From Lingula anatina (Eukaryota; Animalia; Brachiopoda): a stretch of DNA of 64,000 nt. Of the stretch, positions 1 through 11,207 are shown one piece after another; position 1 is the first letter of the stretch; each line of letters begins with the position of its first letter. The position numbers and the translations under genes were made by a program. The notes under the pieces were generated by a model, which was not told where the DNA came from, did not search any database, and saw only the letters and a list, made by a program, of their open reading frames with translations. Location: the NCBI GenBank assembly GCA_051362555.1, contig CM120641.1:29952401-30016400 (forward strand), read 5' to 3'.

Positions 1-1399
1 ACCTCTGAACATAAATTGGACCAACAATAAGTCTACCTTACAGCAAAACAAGACCCTGCTTAGTATGGTATAAGGTAAATAGTGGCTGAAACTGTACTAT
101 TAGCCTTGCAGGCTGTTTTGGTAAAATCTTTGGAGAGATTAGTTTACTTAGGTCCCTTTATTCTGAAACTTTCTCAAATGTGTCTACATTTGATTTACTC
201 TGGTTTTATCAGTCTTAAGAAATCACAGAATGTTCTAAAATAATTTGATTTTATTCTGATAAGTACAATGCTAACTGGTCCTGGAGAGACTACTATTTGA
301 TGTGTTGTTTGATGGCTAAGTTTCCACCTAGCCTGAAGGAAGGCTCATTTTGCTACTCCATTAATGGACAGATTGTTTCGAATGACTCTGGTTGCTTGTG
401 GAACCATGTAGTACAATAATGTTATCACCTATATAAACTTCTTGGCATCTTTGCAATGGTTTCTTATGAAGACCCCTTCTGTTAATCATATTTGTTCTTC
501 TTAATCACCCACTTTTGACATTTATTCTTAAACATGGACATCAAGCTTTCTAACATTCTCAATAATAAACAAAGAATGTGCCTGATAAATAAATGACTGG
601 ACTGGAAATTTTCAGTATTTCTATTTAAAACGATCTATTCCAGTTTGGAACATAATTCGTCTTTTATTCACAAAAGGTATAAAATGATCCTGTTATGACC
701 CTGATGGTAGGTATGCCATTTTCCCCCTTTCAACAAAAGCTGTGTTCCGCTAGTATGACCCTAAATAAGTACTATTATGTGTTAACTGTCACGAGTCTTG
801 CAGGATGTCAGATTTTGTATGTTGTATGCTAAGAATAACTTTTCCATAATTTCTTTAAAAATAACCTTATTCTTTGATAGCTGATAAAGAAGGCAAAACA
901 CCCCAAGCAAATAAACTGGAACTTTTTATTTGCCCTAGGTAGTTAGAAGTCTAAAAGCTGCCACTTGATATTCCAAATGACATGGTTCTGATTTTGCATA
1001 AGAAATGCTGCTTCCTTTAGGCATTTTAGACCAAACATGCTTGATATGGGTCAGTTGAAGTTTTAAGTGATTGAAAAAAAATCCCTGGCTTTTATTTGCA
1101 GCAGTTGAAATTTATCTGCTGTATGAAGAGAATACCAATTGTGTACCTTGTCATGAAAAGAATTATCAGCTACATGCTAATGCACAAGTGTAATGTAGCG
1201 TAGATATAATTTATTTTAAATGAAATTGTAAGTGCTTGTTTTTTCATTATCATAGATCAGAAGATTGTGCTGACATCCTTATTTATGGGAAATGAGTTTG
1301 GAAACATTGACATTAACTTGACATTACTTTCTCAATATCAGTCAAAAATGCTTTAATGTGATACAGATGAATCTTCACCTAGCTCTCTGATCTTAACAC

Positions 1400-1524
1400 T
1401 TGGCAAAAAGTTACTTCTCAATGACTTCATTATTGAACACTTAATATGTACTCTTCTTTGTTTTGGCAACAAGTTGCATTACTTCTCAATAACTTCATTA
1501 ATGAACACTTAATATGTTCTCTTC
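1400..1524. repeat. Imperfect tandem duplication (~60-66 bp unit)
   Basis: TTACTTCTCAAT(G/A)ACTTCATTA(T/A)TGAACACTTAATATGT(A/T)CTCTTC occurs twice in succession. Confidence 0.85.
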
Positions 1525-1884
1525 AGGCTCTGGTCCCTTCTTTATGAGGTTGGTATCAGTCAGGCACTAGCACATGGAGCTCAGCAGCCAATTTGCTTGT
1601 AGTTGTTGGACATGACACATGCAGCAGGCAAGTGATGCAAATAACATGGAAATGACAGTACCAAGTGGTCTTTGCAATGATGTGGTAAATCCCCCCTCTT
1701 CATCCTTCAGCAGCTTGGCCACAAATACACATCACAGGTATTTTCTAAAATGATAAAACAGATTTTGCAATCCCTGATTAATTTGATATATTTGTGTGTC
1801 ACATGTACAGATCTTCACTCTTTCTCTCTCTCTCTCTCTTGTTTATTAAGTGTAACACTGAGGATGTTTTTAACGTTATCCATT

Positions 1885-2500
1885 TTGTTATGTACAGACA
1901 CAGATGTGTCTGTACATATAGCTGTCACCTGGGCCCGTCACCTGTGTCTGTCGATGCATCGTTGCCATCATCACCGTTGCTGTGCACTTTCACCGATAGC
2001 ACAATAAGTGGAAAACTTTTTTACCTTTTGGCTTAAAACTTTCAGAACTGATGAATATTCATCAAATGTCATGTTTTCAAAAGTTATGCTGTTTTTACGC
2101 TTTTTTCAGCATGTATGCACCTCTGATAACACATATCAAAGGGAACTGATGGCCTATTGTCTTGAAACTCACAAGAGTGATCACTCTTAACAAAATACAG
2201 GTCGAGTTTTAAACTCAGCTTGATTGGACCATTTTGACAAAAGTTATGCTGCTTTTCCACTTTTTCAGCCTAGTTTTTTTACACCATTATACCAATAACA
2301 TGAAAACCATGTAATATTTTGCTTAAAAACTCAGATTCAATCATTCATGGTGTTCAGAATCTCAGAATGGAGCATACTGGAAATTTTTGTTATTTGATCA
2401 TATAAAAATGAAAGTAAATGGGTTAATTTGTTTTATGTAAAAAAGTGTTAAAAATGGGAAAAACTCATTTCAGTACAGTTATCTCTTGTTCAGCAGTTGC
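1885..2500 (+). mobile_element. Helentron/HINE-like non-autonomous element, 5' part
   Basis: 5' hairpin TATGTACAGACACA-GA-TGTGTCTGTACATA (1889-1918) identical to 28267-28296; downstream sequence is colinear with 28300-29200. Confidence 0.75.
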
Positions 2501-2689
2501 CTTTTATCAAAAAATACAGTGTTCAATGGTGAAAATTATATTTGAAATACTCCTACAGGTGGTGTTGTCTTTTTTATTCTTGTTTTGTTTTGTTTTTTAT
2601 AGAGTTTAGGAGTTGTGCTATATCAAAAAGTACAACAACATAATGTACATTGGTGAGAATAGAAAGTGAAATACTCCAAAACTGGCAAA

Positions 2690-3010
2690 GATATGTCCAA
2701 TTAGTATTGAATTTTTCAATAACAAGTCATATATTGGCAATATAACTGTGACCTTTGATTTTACATTTGACTTACTTTTCCCTCTGAACTGAACTTTGCA
2801 AAACTTCTGATCCTGATATCTCCAAAACGGGCAGAGAGATGCCCATAGTTACTATTGAACTTGAATAGGAAGCCATTTATTTGCAATCTTACTGTGACAT
2901 TAAATTTTATATTTGACCTACTTTTCACCATGAACTGAACTTCGCATATTTTACAGAACCTATTTCTCCATAACTAAAAAAATGATGTCCATAGCTACCT
3001 TTAAACTTGA
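2690..3010 (+). repeat. Degenerate ~147-bp tandem repeat (~2 units), probably an internal TE array
   Basis: ACTGTGAC...ATTTGAC(T/C)TACTTTTC...TGAACTGAACTT(T/C)GCA occurs twice. Confidence 0.65.
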
Positions 3011-3437
3011 TGAGGTTAATCTCTCTGAAATGAAATTTTGGGTGGCATTATCTTGTCAGGCCTGCAATGTTCATATTTCAGCAGACCAATGGGCCAGAAT
3101 TTTTGATAGGTGTGCAGGTATGCTTCAGGTGAACTTCTATTTTAGGGGGTTTTATTAATTTTACGATCTGAACTGGAAAGGAAGAGAAGCTTTGTATGAT
3201 AAATTACTTTGAGACATGTTCAAAAGCTTGCTAGGTCCCTTTAAATTGATATGTAACCGATGGCCAACTGTATGCATGCTTCAATTAAGTGTGGAAAAAC
3301 CCTGTTTTGAAGTTTGAATTAATGCATAGCTGATTGTTAGAGGTGTAGGAAGAACATACCAATCATGTCCCATTTGTATCCAAGATGCCAAGGCACAAAG
3401 ATTGAATCAAGACTGCATTACAAAGAATCTCTTAGAA

Positions 3438-3518
3438 ATGGTTCCTTTATTATTTTGAAATATGCATGAAACTGTCATATGGTTCTTTTATTATTTAGAA
3501 ATATGCATGAAACTGTCA
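3438..3518. repeat. 41-bp tandem duplication
   Basis: ATGGTTC(C/T)TTTATTATTT(T/A)GAAATATGCATGAAACTGTCA x2. Confidence 0.9.
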
Positions 3519-3931
3519 AACAACCGTGATTAAAGGTGATATTTCTTTCAGTATATTTTTAGATATAGAAAATTCCCTTCATTGGCATTATTATAAATAT
3601 GTGTGAATTATGTCCAATATGCAGGTGACTGTTTTTATCTAGAAAGGGCAGCAGAACTTTTGTATAAATTGGGTCAGCTTTCAGAAGGTTCGAAAATGTT
3701 TTCTGACATCTGAAATCTGGCATTCGCTGTTCTGTAGATTACATAAAATGCTAAAGTACAAAATTAAGTTAAGATGTTGGACTTTAAATGATAAAAAATA
3801 CTTAAAATAAAATAAAGATTAATTACTTTAATTAATTAATTAGAATTAATGCACCAACAGCAGAATGACCTTAAGTAAATGCACGACTAAATTTAACAGC
3901 CACGCAAGCCTGAAAACTTGTTAGAAAGTTA

Positions 3932-4477
3932 GAGCGGATTCTCAACGAATTAAGCCAGGCTTTACAAAGCCGGTGACCTAAAAATGGCGGACGTACATGA
4001 AAGAAAAACCGCCTAATCTTTTAATAGTCTCTCCGCCTCCCCACACGTCGTCCCTGCGGGGTACAGTAATTAAATCGCGTCTCCGTTCGCCATGCGGAAG
4101 CTACCTGAGAAATATTAAGTGCGCATGCTCATCAGTTAAACTCGTGGTAAAGAAAGCATGGCGGCTGAAGGCGATCGAAGGAAAAAAGCTCTTCTGTTCT
4201 ATTATCTTTGAAAATAGAGACGAAAAAGGAATAATTTGGCCCATAGAGCAGCAATGAATCGACTATCTACGGAGATAATATCACCAGAGATATTCACGGA
4301 AATATTAATGTTCGGAGCCGAGATTTAATTACTGTACCCCGCAGGGACGACGTGTGGGGAGGCGTGTGAGAGGCGGAGAGACTATTAAAAGATTAGGCGG
4401 TTTTTCTTTCATGTACGTCCGCCATTTTTAGGTCACCGGCTTTGTAAAGCCTGGCTTAATTCGTTGAGAATCCGCTC
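3932..4477. mobile_element. PIF/Harbinger-type MITE, 546 bp, ~145-bp TIRs, TTA TSD
   Basis: TTA|GAGCGGATTCTCAACGAATT...AATTCGTTGAGAATCCGCTC|TTA. Arms are near-identical except for an ~11-bp duplication in the right arm. CpG-rich, no ORF of note. Confidence 0.9.
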
Positions 4478-4789
4478 TTAGACTGGGGTGAGCAAAAAAG
4501 TTCATGTCAGGGTCCCTTCATATCAATAGTGCCCTGCAAAAGTTACTCATTCCAAGTCTCTCCAAGCAACCTGAATTCTTTTAAACACTTAACTCATGGA
4601 AATTTACATAAATTTCAACTACAAATAGGAAAAAAGAAGTATAAGATTAGCTTCTAGTAATGCAGAAGGCTACCCAACTGTCATAAAGATAATCTCTTTT
4701 TAAATTACTTTTTTTATGCCCTGCAATACTACATTGCCTGGTTGAGCATCATCTTTAAAAATTTATAGATGATGTGTCTTTTGCTACTA

Positions 4790-4853
4790 CCTTTGGCATA
4801 GCAGAATAGCAGACCTTCAAAACGGCAAACCTTTCGAATATAGCTACATACCC
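4790..4853 (-). mobile_element. Terminal fragment of the GGG-TAGCTATATT DNA-transposon family
   Basis: Reverse complement starts GGGTATGTAGCTATATTCGAAAGG, like 32624 and 49581; ~16-bp subrepeats. Confidence 0.6.
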
Positions 4854-5612
4854 TGTAATAGGTCATCTATTCAAGAGTTGTTTATTTGTATTTAACAGAC
4901 ATGGGGCAGATAGTTTTAAGACAGTTTAAATTGTAATAATAAACTTCACTGAATGTTACTAAGATCATTCTTTGTAAGTTATATTGTCATTGGCTAATGA
5001 ATAATTGAAACATATTAATTTTTCACTTAGTACTTCTGTAGCATATATAAAGAGGCGATGATATTTTCTTTGCCAGCAGGATAGGCAATTAATATTCTTG
5101 GAAAATAAGCAAAAGGTCTTAGAGTGGAGGACAAAAAAGGTCGTACTTGCACACCAATCGTTATGGCATCGAAACACATCTGTTACAACATGAAGTACAA
5201 GAATGTGGCAAATCTGGTGGCAGGACCATATTGTTTATTTATGATAGGAGTGCTGTATCATGGCTACATCAAACCTTAGGTTCTCATGGGTATCATATGT
5301 AAAACAGGCCTGCCTTGCACAGTGTGAGTTTTGATAGATGATCAGTGTGTGTTGATTTCTATGCAATGTTGGCTTAAGTTATGTCATCCAGATGGTAACT
5401 GCTCTCCAGACCATGCATGCATTGCTGGGTCTCCATGTTGTGTGGCGCAGTGGTTTAGACCAATTATATATATTTGACTTCCAGTATAAGTGAACTGGCA
5501 CGTGCTTCACACAGAAACACACAAAGTATTGAAAAGGAAATTCATAAATCTGAATTAAAAAAAAAAAACACTAGTACTAAATCTAAGTTTTAAGTGTATT
5601 CAGAGCTATGGC

Positions 5613-6110
5613 TTTTTTCATGGACAGACATGATTTGTTTGGATGTTTAGCCATCACTAGTGTCTATCATTGCCATTGGTGTCACCATGCACTTACATGG
5701 GTTGTTTGCTTGTAAATACAACAAAAAGAAAATTATGCTACAAATGATTCTCAAACTTACATAATGATTAAAATGACTAAAATTCAGCTTGAGTTGGAAA
5801 ACCAGACCAATTGGATAATTTTTTGAAGGGATGAACTTTTCTGGCACGTTTGGGGTTAAAAAATTTTAATTCCTGACTGTCCACAGTAAATACTTGAAAA
5901 TTGTTGGTGATTAAGCTGTTCATCATTATGTTACATTGCATCAAAATTGACAAATGCTATTTTATGCACTTTCATCATAAACACAAGAAAAAGAAAATTA
6001 ATTATTCTCTAACTAAAGAATGATACATAGGATTAACGTAAAGTCCAAGTTTGAAAACAGCCAGATTGGATTTAATTTTTAATTTCTGTAATGCATTCAG
6101 TAGTTTTGGT
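5613..6110 (+). mobile_element. Degenerate HINE-like copy
   Basis: Decayed 5' hairpin (ATGGACAGACA...TGTTTGGA) and body similar to the 29200-30200 units; right boundary approximate. Confidence 0.5.
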
Positions 6111-6159
6111 CTTGCATTTATAGTAATTGCTTAGTTTGGGATTTGGTATCAAGACCCTC

Positions 6160-6322
6160 ATTTCCTCCCATGAAGAGGTTATATTCTGCTTACAGCTAGT
6201 AGGCTTGTTTGTGGATTTGTTTGTCTGTGTGCAGCATTACCCAAAAAGTAATCAACAGATTTTGATGAAGTTTTCAGGATAGGTCACAAATGGGCCAATG
6301 AAATAATGATTAGATTTTGGTG
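6160..6322 (+). mobile_element. Fragment of a probable second HINE/DINE-like family
   Basis: CCTC...GAGGTTAT 5' hairpin-like start, (GTTT/GTCT)n microsatellite, then a CAGATTTTGATGAA-type motif; single copy here, family assignment from memory. Confidence 0.4.
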
Positions 6323-6398
6323 ATAGCAAACCTTCATCATAGCGAACCTTCGTCATAGCAGACCTTGGTCAAAACAAACATTTGTCATAACGAACATT
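6323..6398. repeat. 16-bp tandem subrepeats (~5 units)
   Basis: ATAGCAAACCTTCATC/ATAGCGAACCTTCGTC/ATAGCAGACCTTGGTC...; same unit as in the 4790, 9550 and 49581 elements. Confidence 0.7.
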
Positions 6399-6798
6399 AG
6401 CCATTTAGAAATGCAACTTATTTTGTTTGCACCAGAGAATTACTTTTATTGATGGAATTTAGAATTACAGATAACCCTGATTTAAAAAAAAGTGTGCTGG
6501 AAACTTACTTATAGGTACTATATACGGGATTAAACTGCGCAAATGTCTTTTCCTTGGTTGGAAAAAAGCAATTTTCACCCACACATTGAATCATTGTGCA
6601 ACTTGTCCCTGTATGGGATCAGCTCTGAATTTCAAGGTCCACTATTCTAAAGGTTTGCTAGTCTGGTAAATGCTGAAAAACGCTCTAAAATGGACTTATT
6701 TTTTTCTGACCTATTTCCTGAGGGTTTGCTGTTAGCCATTCCCAAGTGTTGCTACTCCAACATATGCAGGTATAATCATGCTGTAGTATATAATTAGT

Positions 6799-6831
<33 letters not shown>

Positions 6832-8409
6832 GATGCACTGTGCCTTGTGTGATATTTCTAGGGGAGAGTGAATACTATGTTATCATATTTTTTTTTCATG
6901 TAAGACAAATAATTTGCTGAGAGTTCAGCAGCACAAAACCTAATGTCTAAGTTAACATGTAGGACTTATGAGAGAAATTTACTTTATAAATATTGTTTTT
7001 ATTATATTAAAGTTTAAATTTTGCTGAGGTAGTAGACAATGATTTGCATACAATATCTCAGACTTGTTGTGTAGAACTGCATACTGCTGCATACTGTGAT
7101 GACAAAGTAAATGTCAAGTGATGCAGCTTCACACAAGACATTTAGTGAGTGAGCATAAAATCCTTCCCAACTCACTCAAGTATTATGCGTCAATGAACGT
7201 CAGTAACAAGGGTCCCAGTAACATGGACTATTTTTAAAGCTCATTTTAACTTCTTTTGGACGTGAAAAGAACATGCTTAGTTGTGCTTGTGCCAACTGTT
7301 TGAACCTCCGTCTGTTTGTCCCCACTTTACCTGGAAAGGAGCCATATGAATTCATCCCTTTTTGGTACCGATGGCCGAAAATCGGACATCTTGCTCATGG
7401 GCTACTATGACTTCAGTCTTTTGTAGAGAAGATGTTTAGAAGGGACAACAAAGGAATCTAGTATACTAATAGGGTTGAGATGGAATATCAGTTGTTTAAC
7501 TAGAATATTCCACCAAAATGCCCAATATCAACATGGAAATATATGCACCCTAAGTCTATTTAAACTAAGAGAAAAGGTTCTTTTTGAGTACTTGTGAACT
7601 CTTGAAGATTTAATCTCTCAGTGCAAGCGTAATTTGAGATCATTTTTATCATAGATCATCACAAAATTGCAGTTTTCGAAAGTTTAGAACTGTAACCTCC
7701 TCTTGAGATTTAAATTTATTAATTTCTTTGGCCTATCCAATGCTTGATGTCCTACTGTATTTTAGTGCAAGAATTACCAAATTTCTGACTTCAACAAACT
7801 GAAAACTTACATAATTGAAAACTGGGGATGTATGCAAGAATGACTGAAAGAGGAATGATTTAGGAAATCTTTCACAATATCACTAATGTAACCCTCAGTG
7901 AAAAAAAAAAGATGCATTGCTAGTGGGATGACTTTCCTGAGAGAGACTCAAGTGGATGATGTCTGCTGTTGATTTTGCTTCTTCTCTTTATTTTCAAGTG
8001 AAAACACCCCTTATAGTCCTTAGAGGGGCCAGCTTTATATCCCCTAGTTATTCTGAAAATGCTCTAAAATCGACGAAGTTTTTGTCTGATGTTGCCATTC
8101 TGAAGGGTTGCTGTTCCCCAGAAAAGCTATTCCTAAGATAGAAGAATCATGCTGTAACATAGAATTAGTCGTAAGCCTTAGTCTTAAAAAAGGCATTAAA
8201 TATGAGATGTCTTTTGATACTAAAATTCAACCCCCAATACTGTGTAAAGAACAACAACAAGGCAATATGAAAAGGTAAGGGCTCGACAGTAAAGTTTTCA
8301 GCAACTTGCCCAAAGGGCAGGTGGCTGACAAAATATACTTGCTCGAACTGGAAACTCACTTGCCCCAATGTTACACGGCTGCTGCTAACACAAAAAAATC
8401 ATTTTCTTA

Positions 8410-8668
8410 GGCTTCGTTCACATGCAATGTCTATTTTCTATTTTCTATTTTCTATTTTCGGTATGTCTTATGATCACGGTCTGTGCACTGAATATCCCGC
8501 GGCGTAATTACTGGCAGCGCGAGCCAGTTACTATAAGTTACTATAAGTAACTGGCTCGCGCTGCCAGTAATTACGCGGCGGGATATTCAGTGCACAGACC
8601 GTGATCATAAGACATACCGAAAATAGAAAATAGAAAATAGAAAATAGACATTGCATGTGAACGAAGCC
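8410..8668. mobile_element. Palindromic PIF/Harbinger-type MITE, 259 bp, TTA TSD
   Basis: TTA|GGCTTCGTTCACATGC...GCATGTGAACGAAGCC|TTA; ~122-bp arms with one visible mismatch, (TATTTTC)n inside the arms, short centre with duplicated AGTTACTATA. Confidence 0.9.
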
Positions 8669-8671
8669 TTA

Positions 8672-8913
8672 GTGTGTATCTTGTCTCTAATGAACCGATG
8701 AACTCCACAGCTTAGAGATACTACTGCGCATGCGTAAAGGTATCAGAATCTCCTCGGAGCACAGCCGAGAGTTAATTACAGCTTTGTATAAGTAACTGGC
8801 TCGCGCTGCCAGTAATTACGCCGCGGGATATTCAGGGCACAGACCATGATCACTAAACATACCGCAAATAGAAAATAGAATTTAGAAAATAGACTTTCCA
8901 TGTGAATGCAGCC
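8672..8913. mobile_element. Internal part and right TIR of a more diverged copy of the same MITE family
   Basis: 8787-8913 repeats the right arm 8542-8668 with several substitutions and ends ATGTGAATGCAGCC. Confidence 0.8.
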
Positions 8914-9549
8914 TTTGTTACTGCTGCCTAGTAAACAAAGAAAAAAATTGTTTGAGGGAAAATATTTACCTGCTTAGTTCAGAAATCATGTCTATAAGTT
9001 TATGTCACATGATGTCATCTAACTTCTCTTCCACAGATGCCAAAACAAACCTGTACATTTTATGTTACTATTTTATAAACTATAGTTTGCAGGTGCAAAC
9101 CAGTCGAGTAAGAGTGAATGCTATTGGACAGCTTACTGCTGAATGAAGCACTATTGACAAATGAGAAGGCACAAGGGGAAGATGTTCAAAGAGATGTTCA
9201 AAGATAAGATAAGATAGCCAAGTCCACACGCAAATCATGTGAGGTTTTGATTCAACATGACGATTTATGATAAATTCTTCATTCTTCTGCTTTATTAAAT
9301 CACTTGCCCGAAATCGATGTATACCCATCCGGGGCAATCGAACAGTCCTTAATGTCAAGCCCTGAATATTGTTTATATATATTCTTTAACATGACTTATT
9401 GTCAAATTATAGTAATCATATAGACTTAATATATCATGTTGATTTCAATGTGACATTCATTTATTCATCACTGAAGAAGTGAATTTTACATATATATTTA
9501 ACAAATTTTCTGTTAGTTCAATTCGGGTTCTTACTGCTGCTCATGAGGT

Positions 9550-9655
9550 ATATTTTGGAACAGTGGGCCTTTGAAATAGCTAATCTTAGGAGCAGCAAAC
9601 ACTCAAACCAGCAGGCCCTCGTAATAGCAGACCTTTTGAATATAGCTACACTCCC
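9550..9655 (-). mobile_element. Terminal fragment of the GGG-TAGCTATATT family
   Basis: ...ATAGCAGACCTTTTGAATATAGCTACACTCCC end, matching 4790-4853 and 18360-18399. Confidence 0.6.
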
Positions 9656-9818
9656 TATGTAAATATCAAGAGTAGCAGTCATAATTGTCACACTGTCATA
9701 TTGCATTTTGAGCTTGTTAAATAATCGGGTCAAAAAGGTCCTATATATACCATTACCTCATTGGTCAAGTTAATTAGACAAGTCAAAAATATGTATGATG
9801 AGCATATGTTTTGTCTTA

Positions 9819-10003
9819 GGGCCCATTCCATATGAAACTATCTGCCTTGTTTTCCAACATACTCGTATAATTACCAGCTTTACTGTATTCTACTCAACAC
9901 CAGGAGCAGACTTGTTAATCTGCTAATCTGACTGGATTCAGAAACAGTCCTTGCAGAGTTGGATTGATCTACGTAGATTGATAGTGTCATTGGGGATGGG
10001 CCT
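9819..10003. mobile_element. Old Harbinger-like MITE related to 31273-31520
   Basis: TTA|GGGCCCATTCCA start; end GGATTGATCTACGTAGATTGATAGTGTCATTGGGGATGGGCC resembles 31477-31520. Confidence 0.55.
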
Positions 10004-10981
10004 TCATAAAAGGTAACAAAGGGTGTAGTGCTAAAATGTCCATCTGGACAAAAACTTGATCAAACCAGTTACAGCATGCCGTGTCATGGTCTTTAAGCAT
10101 TGTTTTGTTCAGACAGACATAAAAATCTGATGTTTCATTTAATCATCTTTTATTGTCAACACTTTTAGTTGTATTTATACCATGTGCTGAAAAACAATCA
10201 GTTTCGCACACATTGGCACACATTTTACTGAGCAATGTGGGAGTAGATGCTGGTGAGTCAGTGCCCAAACTCAGTTTTTTTTTCTTATCAGAAAGTTTAT
10301 TAATGGATTGTACATCAAACTCATAGAAGTGTATATACTGAAGGCTTTAAGTTTGGGTTAAGAGAAGTTTTCTAATGTTAATTTTATGTTGATTTATGAA
10401 TATAATAACTTTTTATGAATAAAATGACATTTCTAAGTAATAATATCCTTCAGGAATTCACAGGTACCAAAAATGAAATTTAAATCTTGGTATAAATTGA
10501 CCTGAGTACACATTTTTTAGGCTGATTTTGGATATTTTGGTTGAACATTTTTGGCAAAACATACCTAAAAATGTGTAATAAAAGTAATGGATCGTGGTTG
10601 TGGTTATTATAGTTCTTATAAGAAAAAATTAATGTTCATACTTACATACATACATGTGTGAATGTTTTTGTTTTTTTGTTTTTTTCAACCAGGAAAGGAT
10701 TTTACGAAAGTTAGTAAGATGACCTTTTCATTTAAAAACATTACCAAGTTTTAAATTGAAACCAGCAGTCAAAATAGTTCCTGTTTGTTTCATAATCTAA
10801 TTATGACCCTCCCTAAAGCTAAAGAAAGTACCCTTCATTAATTTAAACCAAGAAGATACACAATGTTATCTACAATGTTTATTTGCTCTCAGGCATTAAG
10901 CCAATAAGGACACCAAATCACCATTTCTTCAGCCTAGTTTACATTTTTAGTCTGACCTGATGAGGAAGTGGTCATTTCTTA

Positions 10982-11207
10982 CACCCCATTTCCATAGATT
11001 TTTAGATCGATCTATCCCTGTGGGGAGTCTCACTAGATTACTGTCAGCTTGGCCGGCTTAAGCGTCTGTCCTGCCTACTAAAAGCTGTAAGGGAGTAATT
11101 AACTATGGTGCCCGCTCGGCTGACTGCAATTTAGCGTGAACCCCCAGCGAGTTAGGTCGATCTAAATCTTAATCTTTAGATCGATCTAAATCTCTGGGAA
11201 AGCACCA
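10982..11207. mobile_element. Harbinger-like MITE (~225 bp), copy 1
   Basis: About 90% identical by eye to 23179-23403; subterminal inverted TAGATCGATCTA palindromes. Confidence 0.85.

Noticed and set aside
1527-1737. Exon-like segment (CTTCAG...CAG|GTATTT)
   Set aside because: Stops in all three frames; no support beyond splice-like motifs.
3997-4257. 86-aa ORF in the MITE
   Set aside because: Lies largely in the TIR; no transposase or Myb motifs.
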